The notes beneath the pieces are model-generated. The model had not been told where the DNA came from. It saw only the letters and a list, made by a program, of their open reading frames with translations, and ran no database searches. From an uncultured Bacteroidia bacterium (lineage in GTDB: Bacteria; Bacteroidota; Bacteroidia; Palsa-948): DNA of 64,000 bases. Shown here piece after piece: positions 10,053 to 18,132 of the stretch. Numbering within the stretch: position 1 is the first letter of the stretch; every line of letters starts with the position of its first letter. The stretch is taken from contig CAYZTB010000006.1 in assembly GCA_964481195.1 (NCBI GenBank), forward strand, positions 13,250 to 77,249, given 5' to 3'. A program made the position numbers and the translations under genes.

Positions 10053-10340
10053 TTAAATAGAAGTAAGTATGATGTTTTGTATTGCATTCACAGGTATCAT
10101 AATCCCTCCTTTTAATTGAACATGATATTCTGTTGCCATCCAAATCGTAGTGTATACTGCCCAGGTCCCTTCTGAAGTTCTAAAAAGAATTTTCAATTTG
10201 TGTTTGTACGCATTTCCTAGAATAGCGCCTTGTTTAAGTAAATTACTTCGTTCAAATTTTTGCTCGTTGCTTGTCAATACTTCTATGTTGTTGAAGGTTA
10301 GAGCAGCAATGTCTTCTTTGTTAATTTGATTTATTTTCAT
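10053..10340 (-). CDS. Hypothetical small protein (95 aa)
   Basis: Intact ORF in an 84-96 bp-spaced gene string. No motif recognised. Confidence 0.3.
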   Translation of the reverse strand: MKINQINKEDIAALTFNNIEVLTSNEQKFERSNLLKQGAILGNAYKHKLKILFRTSEGTWAVYTTIWMATEYHVQLKGGIMIPVNAIQNIILTSI

Positions 10341-10424
10341 TTGTAATATTTATTTGTTCATGAAGCAAATCTCTATCATCTTGATTAAATCGAGATTAAC
10401 AAAGAATTAAAAGTGAATTAAAGA

Positions 10425-11807
10425 TTAAGAAAAGAAGGGGAGTCTGATAGTAACTGAAGTGCCAATATTTATTTGAGATTGAATCGATATTTCTCCTTTA
10501 TGTATTTGAATAATTTTTTTGGTAAGTGAAAGCCCTAGCCCATTGCCGTAAATATTTTTTGCATTTTTAGCTCTAAAAAATGGTTGAAAGATTGATTTTA
10601 AATCTTCATTATCTATGCCAATTCCATTATCTGTAAAAGACAATATCAGGGATTTGTCGTTGCTAGATAAATTAACATCTGCAGTGTAGTTTGGGGAATA
10701 TTTGCAGGCATTATCCATTAAGTTGGCAATAGCAGTTTTAATTAAATGTTCATTTCCTAAAATCGTCAATATATTTTCATCCTCTACAGGTTCAGAAAAT
10801 TTTATATTTATTTTATATTTTTTTTTACGTTCAAGTATTTCCATTCTGGTTTCCCATAATATCTCATCAAGTCGAATAGGCAGCATGGAAATTGCTGATA
10901 CATCCGAGCTGGCTTTTGCTAAATCCAATAAGCCGTTTGAAAGTTCATTTAAGTTTTTTATGTCTTCCAATACTGAATTTAATATAGCGTTGTATTCTTC
11001 ATTAGATCTAACTTTCATTAATGAAACTTCAATTTGTCCGGTAATGGAGGTTAAAGGGGTTCTTAATTCGTGCGATGCGTTTGATACAAAGCTTCGTTGC
11101 ATTTCAAATGCAGACTCTAGTCTTTCTAACATTTTATTGAATGTTACAGCTAATTGAGCTATTTCATCACTTCCATTTCCTTCGTTTACTCTTAAATTTA
11201 AACTTGAAATGGTAATTTGATCTACTTGCTTTACAACGTTTGACATTGGTTCTAAAGCGCGATTAGCAAATATTCGTCCAGCTATAATAGTAAGACCAAT
11301 ACTTATAAGTGATCCAAATATTAATATCCACTTGAGATTATTTAATTTACCTCTGCCATATTTATCTAAGGCGGATGCAATTACTACAAACCGATCAAAC
11401 CTATCGGTGTATAATAGGCCAACAAATTCATAATCGCCCTCTGTAAAATTGATATTTCTTTCTAGTCGAATATCATCAAGTAGTTGCTTGGGAACTACAT
11501 ACCTAGAATCGTCATCTACGCTATTGTATATTTGATCTCCTTTGTAATTGTAAATAACAACTTTTTCCTCATTAAGGGAAAGATTAGTATTTCTGTCAAT
11601 GATTTTAAGTGTTTCATAATTAATTTCCTTTACTTCAATGAGTAGTTTGGCAGTATTTTGTGCTTTGTTTTCTAATCTTGAATAAAAGTCTGCTGCTCGG
11701 TAACTAGCAGAGAAATAATATATATTAATAGAAAATAAGACAAGGATAAAAGAGACAATAATTGAAAACTGAAAGGTAAGGCGTGTGCGAATGTTAAAGT
11801 TTTTCAC
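10425..11807 (-). CDS. Sensor histidine kinase (two TM segments, HAMP-like linker, HisKA and HATPase_c domains)
   Basis: H-box SHELRTPLTSI, N-box NLMDNACKYS, G1 FTDNGIGI and G2 GNGLGLSL are all present. Two hydrophobic segments lie near residues 15-35 and 160-180. The start overlaps the upstream response-regulator gene by 4 bp. Confidence 0.85.
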   Translation of the reverse strand: MKNFNIRTRLTFQFSIIVSFILVLFSINIYYFSASYRAADFYSRLENKAQNTAKLLIEVKEINYETLKIIDRNTNLSLNEEKVVIYNYKGDQIYNSVDDDSRYVVPKQLLDDIRLERNINFTEGDYEFVGLLYTDRFDRFVVIASALDKYGRGKLNNLKWILIFGSLISIGLTIIAGRIFANRALEPMSNVVKQVDQITISSLNLRVNEGNGSDEIAQLAVTFNKMLERLESAFEMQRSFVSNASHELRTPLTSITGQIEVSLMKVRSNEEYNAILNSVLEDIKNLNELSNGLLDLAKASSDVSAISMLPIRLDEILWETRMEILERKKKYKINIKFSEPVEDENILTILGNEHLIKTAIANLMDNACKYSPNYTADVNLSSNDKSLILSFTDNGIGIDNEDLKSIFQPFFRAKNAKNIYGNGLGLSLTKKIIQIHKGEISIQSQINIGTSVTIRLPFFS

Positions 11808-12499
11808 TTTCCCTCTTTTAGAATATATCCAAATCCAGTTTGAGTATGAATTAATTTAATGGGGTAGTCTTTGTCTATTTTTTTTCTAAGAAAGTTAACA
11901 TACACATCTATTACATTTGTGCCAGTATCAAATGTGATATCCCATACTTTTTCAGCAATAGAAGACCGGGAAAGTACCCGACCTTTGTTTCGTAATAAAT
12001 ATTCGAGAAGTGAAAATTCTTTTTGCGTTAACACGATTTTTTTTCCTCCTCTATATACTTCAAAATTCTCTAAATTCATTTCAAGATCAAGAAATTTTAA
12101 TATATTTCCTGTTGTAGTATTTGAAGAGTTTCTCTTTAGCAATGATTTTATTCTCGCTAAAAGCTCTCTGAATTCAAATGGTTTTACTAAATAGTCATCT
12201 GCCCCTGACTCAAAACCTGATAGTTTATCTTCTGTAGTGCCTAGAGCTGTAAGCATCAAAACTGGAATCTTTTGGTTTGAGTTTCTTATTTCTTTGCAAA
12301 GCTCAATGCCATTTTTTAAAGGCAGGTTTATGTCAACTATTACAAGATCAAATTCACCGCTATCAAATATTTTTTTACCAATATTCCCATCAAAGGCTAC
12401 TTCAACTGTAAAGCCATTTTCTTGCAAACCTGCTTTAATGAAAGATGCGACTTTTGGCTCATCTTCTACAACCAGAATTTTAATTATCGGATTTTCCAT
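11804..12499 (-). CDS. OmpR/PhoB-family response regulator (receiver domain plus winged-helix DNA-binding domain)
   Basis: Receiver motifs ILVVEDEP and DLVIVDINLP with a conserved Lys in LVKPF. The C-terminal trans_reg_C-like region reads LTQKEFSLLEYL...VLSRSSIAEKVW. Confidence 0.85.
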   Translation of the reverse strand: MENPIIKILVVEDEPKVASFIKAGLQENGFTVEVAFDGNIGKKIFDSGEFDLVIVDINLPLKNGIELCKEIRNSNQKIPVLMLTALGTTEDKLSGFESGADDYLVKPFEFRELLARIKSLLKRNSSNTTTGNILKFLDLEMNLENFEVYRGGKKIVLTQKEFSLLEYLLRNKGRVLSRSSIAEKVWDITFDTGTNVIDVYVNFLRKKIDKDYPIKLIHTQTGFGYILKEGK

Positions 12500-12559
12500 G
12501 TAGGTAAAAATAATGTTTTATAATCAGAAAAAGTCGCTTATGATTAATTAATAATTAAA

Positions 12560-12584
12560 ATATGGTTAAAATGTTTAACCATAT
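12560..12584. promoter_or_regulatory. 25 bp perfect palindrome (ATATGGTTAAA-atg-TTTAACCATAT) in the divergent intergenic region between the response-regulator/kinase operon and the ClC channel gene; candidate operator
   Basis: 11 bp arms are exact reverse complements with a 3 bp spacer. The site lies in the 270 bp divergent promoter region. Confidence 0.4.
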
Positions 12585-12769
12585 GTTGCTGTATGAAAAT
12601 CTATTCTAATATTTGTGCTGTCTTTTGGGACATATAAACCTGTCGCATTCTTCTTCTCTTGTTTGGTTTTGATGAATGTTGGCAGGTTTACTTTTTGTAT
12701 TCCCGCCCTGATAATTGAGCTTGAAATTATATTTTCCTTTAGTTCGTGTGGATTTGATATTTTTGTTTT

Positions 12770-14545
12770 GTGAAGTTTCAGGAATTATTGGATTTTATCA
12801 ATGCTTGGCGTGCTCGCCATATCAGTAATCGCACTTTTTTAATTATTGTAAGTATTATTGTTGGGGTTGTTGCAGGTCTTGCTTCCATAGTGCTAAAGTG
12901 GTTAGTTCACACTATACAAAGTCAATTACATAATATTCTTGAAAACCCTTCTTTCAACTTTTTACTTTTTCTTTTCCCCTTAGTTGGAATATTGCTTACG
13001 GTTTTTTATGTTCAGCGTTTCAGGAACGGCAAAATTGGTAGAGGGGTAGGCAGTATTCTTATTTCTATTGCGAAACGTTCAAGTAATATTGATCGTGACA
13101 AAACGTACTCACATATGATTTCCAGCGCCCTAACCATAGGTTTTGGTGGCTCTGCTGGTCTGGAGGCTCCCATTGTGGTTACAGGAGCAGCGCTAGGCTC
13201 CAATACAGCTAGGGATTTGAAAATGAATTATCGTGAGCGAACACTCATGTTAGCGTGTGGCGTTGCGGCAGGAATTTCTGCAATTTTTAATAGCCCAATA
13301 GCGGGGGTGCTTTTTGCAGTTGAAGTTATTTTGTATGAGTTTTCTATCCCCGCCTTTATTCCAATTTTAATTTCGTCAGCTACAGCATCTGTTCTGGCAA
13401 ACGTTTTATATAAAGGACAGTTGTTTTTTTTAATTACCAAAGGTTGGACTATGAGTGCCATCCCTCTTTATTTGGTTCTGGGTATATTAATGGGTTTAGT
13501 TTCTGTTTACGTAACACGTGTAGCTTTAAAATCAGAAAAATTTTTTAGCTCTAAAAGAAATCCATACCGAAAGGCGATTATTGGAGGATTGGGATTGGGT
13601 TTAATGATTTTTTTATTGCCACCACTATATGGAGAAGGATATTATTCCATAGAAAAGCTTTTAGCAGGCGAATATTCAACTTTATTAGAAAACAGTTTGT
13701 TTACTGATTATACTCATAACCCTTGGTTTTTAGTTTTGATTGCTGTGATTGTAGTTTTGGTAAAAATTTTTGCTACATCTATCACAATAGGTGCTGGAGG
13801 AAACGGAGGAATATTTGCTCCATCTTTATTTATTGGCGCTGTAACCGGTTTTGCTTTTGCATATACAATTAATTTATTAGGATTTATCCACCTCGATGTT
13901 TCAAATTTTATTGTTGCTGCAATGGCTGGTGCTTTAAGTGGAGTTGTACACGCGCCATTAACTGCAATTTTCTTAATTGCAGAAATCACAGGTGGATATG
14001 CCTTGTTTGTGCCATTAATGATTGTGAGTTCCATGTCCTATTTTATAGCTAGGTATTTTGAGCCTTTTTCTATTTACTCAAAGCAATTGGCCGACAAAGG
14101 CTTACACAATAAAGATCGCGACAAGATTGTAATGAATCGTATAAAGCTTAAAACAATTGTTGAAACGGATTTCGTATCTGTATTACCTACAGATACCTTG
14201 CGGCAACTTGTTGATAAAATTGAGCACTCAAAGCGTAATGTGTTTCCGGTATTGGATGAAGATGGTCATATGGTTGGATTGGTTTTACTAGATAACATAC
14301 GAGAAGTTATGTTTCATCAGGAAAAGTATGATTCTGTTTTAGTAAAAAGTTTAATGACTCAGCCACCCAATATTTTAGATGTAAATGAAGAGATGTATGA
14401 TGTTATGAAAAAGTTTGATGCGTTTAATGCTTGGAACCTTCCTGTTACAGAAGCAAATAAATACATTGGTTTTGTTTCTAAGTCTACCATTTTCACTAAA
14501 TACAGAAAGCTATTGATAAGGCAATCGGAACAGCAGTACGGTTGA
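12770..14545 (+). CDS. ClC-family voltage-gated chloride channel / H+-Cl- exchanger with a C-terminal CBS-domain pair
   Basis: 591 aa. About 10-12 TM helices with GFGGSAGLEAPIV (gating-Glu region) and GGIFAPSLFIGA (GxFxP motif). The C-terminal roughly 140 aa show a tandem CBS pattern. The ORF starts at a GTG. Confidence 0.75.
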   Translation: MKFQELLDFINAWRARHISNRTFLIIVSIIVGVVAGLASIVLKWLVHTIQSQLHNILENPSFNFLLFLFPLVGILLTVFYVQRFRNGKIGRGVGSILISIAKRSSNIDRDKTYSHMISSALTIGFGGSAGLEAPIVVTGAALGSNTARDLKMNYRERTLMLACGVAAGISAIFNSPIAGVLFAVEVILYEFSIPAFIPILISSATASVLANVLYKGQLFFLITKGWTMSAIPLYLVLGILMGLVSVYVTRVALKSEKFFSSKRNPYRKAIIGGLGLGLMIFLLPPLYGEGYYSIEKLLAGEYSTLLENSLFTDYTHNPWFLVLIAVIVVLVKIFATSITIGAGGNGGIFAPSLFIGAVTGFAFAYTINLLGFIHLDVSNFIVAAMAGALSGVVHAPLTAIFLIAEITGGYALFVPLMIVSSMSYFIARYFEPFSIYSKQLADKGLHNKDRDKIVMNRIKLKTIVETDFVSVLPTDTLRQLVDKIEHSKRNVFPVLDEDGHMVGLVLLDNIREVMFHQEKYDSVLVKSLMTQPPNILDVNEEMYDVMKKFDAFNAWNLPVTEANKYIGFVSKSTIFTKYRKLLIRQSEQQYG

Positions 14546-14550
14546 TAGAT

Positions 14551-16743
14551 CTATTTAGGTAGAGTAGCTATATCGCGAAGTAGAATTCGATTGCCTTTGT
14601 AAAAGGCAGTAACAAATGCATCGGAAAATCCTTTCGTAAATATTTGCCCAAGTAACTGGTCTGCCTCTTGCAATGATTTAAATGAGCCCACTGAAAATCT
14701 TGTGATTTGATCTTCGTAATTTTTTCTTGAAACTTTTCCTAAGCTATTAAGTGGACTATAAATAAAATTTTCTGGGCTTCGATAGGCGCCAATTTGAATT
14801 TTATATTCTAAGCCATCTGCTTTGAAATTTCCAAGCATTTTTACTAACTCAGAATAATTTTCTGCTTTTCCAAAGGGTATTTCAGAGGTTTCTGCAATTT
14901 TTTCTTCTGGAGCAATCGTTTTAGATATAGCGCTAACAGGCCTGTTTCGAAGACAAAAATATTTTTCATTGTATGTTTCTAATATATGAGTTGTTTGATC
15001 AATTAGTACAACGGGGGTTTGAATGCTATCGCTTCCTTTACCTTCCAATTTAAATAAGACAAGAGAGTCGAATGGGATGGACTTAAATAAAAAATCTTTT
15101 CTTCCTTTACGTTCTCCTTCAGCAATTTTATTTCCTACAACATCAATTTGTGTTAAAGTCAATGGGTCGTAATAATTAATGTCGTAGTTAACTTCCGAGT
15201 ATGAATCTGAACTAGTGTTTGCTATGTTTTTTATTTGATCGGTATAACCAAACTTCCGGTAAGTAACTTTATAATCTGTTCCTGCAGGTAAACTAATTAA
15301 ATATTTTCCGGTAGAAGCATTTGCTTTATAAATCCCAATGTTTTCATTATTATTTGCTAATAATACTTCAACGTCTGCTTGGATTGGATTGTCATTAAGC
15401 ATTATCGTTCCTTTTAATAAAACTAAAGCTGGCTTCCATCCCGGCAATCCAGGACCCACAGTATATATGTCTTGTTGTCCAAAACCTCCTGCTTTTTCGG
15501 ATGAGTAATATCCTCGCTGCCCATCGGCCGATAAAACATAATATATATCATCGCCAGGAGTGTTGATGGGATATCCCATATTTTCTGGAGTTGTCCAAGA
15601 AGTGTCAATTCTGAATGTTTTGAAAATATCATATCCTCCCATGCTTTTATGACCTTTCGAGCTAAAAAGAAGTGTGGTGCCATCTGGGTGAATGAAAGGG
15701 GCATCATCATCTAGAGGAGTATTAATTTTGGGGCCTAAGTTTTTAATTTCCCCCCAAGAGCCATCGTGTTGTAATGTAGCTTTGTATAAATCTCTACCTC
15801 CATATCCACCGGGTCTTTCGCTAGAGAAATATAATATACGCTCGTTTGCTCCAATAGAACAACTACCTTCCCAGGCATTTGTGTTAACATTTCCTCTTAG
15901 GCGCTCAGGTATGCTCCAGTTGTTTCCAGTCATTGAGCTCATGTAAATATCTCCATTATCATTCCCATTATTTTTAAACACAAAAAGTTTTTGACCATCT
16001 ACTGACAGTGCAATGCATGCATCGTGGTCAATGCTATTAATGTTGGAGCCTGCGCCAAAAGGTTCTATCCATTCACCACCTGCTTTTGCCGACATAAATA
16101 CATCTTCCGTATAGGAATTGTCGGGATCGTTAATGTCAAAAGGTTGAATGCCACCAGTTGATTTTTCGCCTCGGTAAGTAAAAATTAAAATTGATTCATC
16201 GGCAGAAATAACGGGAACATATTCAGATGCCGAAGAATTTATTGGCTCTCCTAAGTTTGAAATATTAACTTTTACTGGGTTGTTCATTAATTCTATTCCG
16301 TTTTGGCAATTTTCTATGTATTTGTTTGCTAGCTCTTTTAATTCTTTGGATGACTTATCTTTTATTAAGTATGAAGTAAATTGCACAATCGCATCGTCAA
16401 ATTTATAATTGAGCATGTAAGCTCTCCCTAAGTAAAAGGAAATGTCTGCTGCTTTTTTATTTTCTTCTTTTGCTTCTATTAAAAGAGTAAGCGCTTGTTC
16501 GTGTTGATCTGTTTTAAAAAGACTGCAAATTCCTAAGCGATATCCATATAAGTTTAAGTTTTTCTTATCAGAACTATTTTCAAGCAAATACCTATATACA
16601 GGAAGCGCTTGCCTAAATGCTCTGGATTCAAAAAGTTGATTTGCTTTTGAAACGGAATCTTTATCGCTAGAGCCTGCAAAAGTATTTGTGTAGCTAAAAA
16701 AGGATAAGAAAATAAATATTACCGAAGCAAGTTGGGTTTTCAT
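14551..16743 (-). CDS. Periplasmic TPR plus PD40 (WD40-like/TolB-like) beta-propeller repeat protein with a C-terminal SPOR-like domain
   Basis: Signal peptide, then N-terminal TPR-like helical repeats. At least 5 PD40-type repeats follow (e.g. APFIHPDGTTLLFSSKGHKSMGGYDIFKT, ERILYFSSERPGGYGGRDLYKA). The C-terminus has a YKIQIGAYRSPENF...AFVTAFYKG segment resembling a SPOR peptidoglycan-binding fold. Confidence 0.6.
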   Translation of the reverse strand: MKTQLASVIFIFLSFFSYTNTFAGSSDKDSVSKANQLFESRAFRQALPVYRYLLENSSDKKNLNLYGYRLGICSLFKTDQHEQALTLLIEAKEENKKAADISFYLGRAYMLNYKFDDAIVQFTSYLIKDKSSKELKELANKYIENCQNGIELMNNPVKVNISNLGEPINSSASEYVPVISADESILIFTYRGEKSTGGIQPFDINDPDNSYTEDVFMSAKAGGEWIEPFGAGSNINSIDHDACIALSVDGQKLFVFKNNGNDNGDIYMSSMTGNNWSIPERLRGNVNTNAWEGSCSIGANERILYFSSERPGGYGGRDLYKATLQHDGSWGEIKNLGPKINTPLDDDAPFIHPDGTTLLFSSKGHKSMGGYDIFKTFRIDTSWTTPENMGYPINTPGDDIYYVLSADGQRGYYSSEKAGGFGQQDIYTVGPGLPGWKPALVLLKGTIMLNDNPIQADVEVLLANNNENIGIYKANASTGKYLISLPAGTDYKVTYRKFGYTDQIKNIANTSSDSYSEVNYDINYYDPLTLTQIDVVGNKIAEGERKGRKDFLFKSIPFDSLVLFKLEGKGSDSIQTPVVLIDQTTHILETYNEKYFCLRNRPVSAISKTIAPEEKIAETSEIPFGKAENYSELVKMLGNFKADGLEYKIQIGAYRSPENFIYSPLNSLGKVSRKNYEDQITRFSVGSFKSLQEADQLLGQIFTKGFSDAFVTAFYKGNRILLRDIATLPK

Positions 16744-16764
16744 TAAGCAAACTTAGGAAAAGAT

Positions 16765-17949
16765 TTATTCAATTCGTTGAATTTTTTTATATAGAATTCC
16801 CTTGTCGGTTTTGAATTGAAGCACGTAGGTGCCGCAAGCTAAGTGACTAATATCTAATTTAGATAAGTAATTATTGTATTGAGAAATTACTTTTCCTTCT
16901 TGTGAGTATATTTCCATGCTTTTCATAAAAGATTGTTCTATGTCTGTTAATTTGAGATTTATATTTCCTGTAGATGGATTCGGAAAAAGTAATATTGAAT
17001 TACTTAATTCGTTTTCTGCAAGCCCACTTATTGATGGGTCAAATTCCCAAAAATCTTTTTGATGGCCACTTGCATATCCGGTTCCTAGGTATCCTAAATT
17101 CCCTATGGTAAATCCTGCAGAATTGTTTCTTGCTGTGCCTGTAAAATTTGAAATAACTATCCATGTATTTGTACTTGGATTCCATTCCCAAAATGCTTGT
17201 TGTTGAGTGCCTGCAGTATTTAGTCCTATACCAACGTATCCTTTTCCATTAATGGAAAAACCTACTCCGAAAGAATTTTCATTTGGCAGGTTAGCGCGTT
17301 GAGTCCATGAAAGGCTGCTTGGGTTATATTCCCAAAAATCCTTAAAAGTACTGGTCGAAGTTTTTCCTCCTGCAACATATCCCTTTCCTGAGATAGAAAA
17401 TGCAGAAGCTCCATACCTAACATTTCCGGGCATAATTGTTTTTGCAGCCCAAGAGTTTGTGGTTAAATCCCACTCCCATAAATCCTGATGTGGTAATGGT
17501 GAATAGCCGGTAGAAACATATGCTTTTGTGCCTAGTACAAAAGATACAGCATCTCTTCTGGCAGTTCCGGAAAAATATGATTTTGCCATCCATGTATTGG
17601 ATGCTTGATCCCATTCCCAAAAATCTTTTTGCATGCCATTTACATCTTCCCCAATTCCAATATATCCTTTTGTGCCAATAGAAAACCCAATAGCTCCACT
17701 TCTGGCGGTTCCAGAAAAATCTGCTTTTTGTGTCCAACTATCTGCTGCTTGATCCCATTGCCAAAAGTCTTTTTTCTTGCCATTTACATCTTCCCCGGTG
17801 CCGATGTACCCAAAGTTGTTTATTGAAAATGCTACAGATCCAGACCGTGCTAATCCTCCATAGTCAGCCTTTTTAGTCCAGCTGCCCTGAGCATTTAAAT
17901 TGAGAGTAACAGAGGCGAGTAAAAACAAGGAAATGCACCCTTTTTTCAT
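16765..17949 (-). CDS. T9SS-secreted protein with 7 tandem Kelch-like beta-propeller repeats and a C-terminal Por secretion sorting domain
   Basis: Signal peptide. Seven roughly 47 aa repeats fit the pattern TARSGA.GFSIG.KGY.G.GEDVNG..KDFWEWD. The last roughly 75 aa (NPSTGNINLKL...GTYVLQFKTDKGILYKKIQRIE) match the T9SS type A C-terminal-domain pattern. Confidence 0.6.
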   Translation of the reverse strand: MKKGCISLFLLASVTLNLNAQGSWTKKADYGGLARSGSVAFSINNFGYIGTGEDVNGKKKDFWQWDQAADSWTQKADFSGTARSGAIGFSIGTKGYIGIGEDVNGMQKDFWEWDQASNTWMAKSYFSGTARRDAVSFVLGTKAYVSTGYSPLPHQDLWEWDLTTNSWAAKTIMPGNVRYGASAFSISGKGYVAGGKTSTSTFKDFWEYNPSSLSWTQRANLPNENSFGVGFSINGKGYVGIGLNTAGTQQQAFWEWNPSTNTWIVISNFTGTARNNSAGFTIGNLGYLGTGYASGHQKDFWEFDPSISGLAENELSNSILLFPNPSTGNINLKLTDIEQSFMKSMEIYSQEGKVISQYNNYLSKLDISHLACGTYVLQFKTDKGILYKKIQRIE

Positions 17950-18080
17950 TCAACAAATGTATCTAAAAATATTGCCTTCTCAAAATGTGCAATTTGTATA
18001 TTCGCGGAAACAGTCACTAGTCGTTGGTCTCTAGTCTTGAGTAGCAAGTCAACGAGTATAGCTAAACTAGAAAACTAAAG

Positions 18081-18121
18081 ACTACGGACTAACTACTAAA
18101 CACTACGGACTAACTACTAAA
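18081..18121. repeat. Tandem direct repeat: 2 copies of ACTACGGACTAACTACTAAA separated by 1 nt, in the G-poor leader immediately upstream of the ettA start codon
   Basis: The 20 bp unit occupies 18081-18100 and again 18102-18121. The surrounding 18060-18132 region is strongly C/A/T-biased, with CTAAA and ACTA recurring. Confidence 0.7.
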
Positions 18122-18132
18122 GACTAAACGAT

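Noticed and set aside
12640-12769. Possible fluoride riboswitch (crcB motif) upstream of the ClC gene, prompted by CCCGCCCTGATAATT resembling the CCGCC...CUGAUGAU portion of the motif
   Set aside because: The 5' half of the motif (GGnGAUGG ... AAACnGCC) and the pseudoknot pairing cannot be found by eye. The element order does not fit, and the protein has CBS domains typical of conventional ClC. A covariance-model scan (Rfam RF01734) would settle it; a sub-threshold score would confirm rejection.
18075-18130. Direct repeats upstream of ettA considered as a possible CRISPR array or minisatellite
   Set aside because: Only two 20 bp copies separated by a single nucleotide. There are no spacers and no cas genes nearby, so it is a short tandem duplication in a leader, not a CRISPR array.
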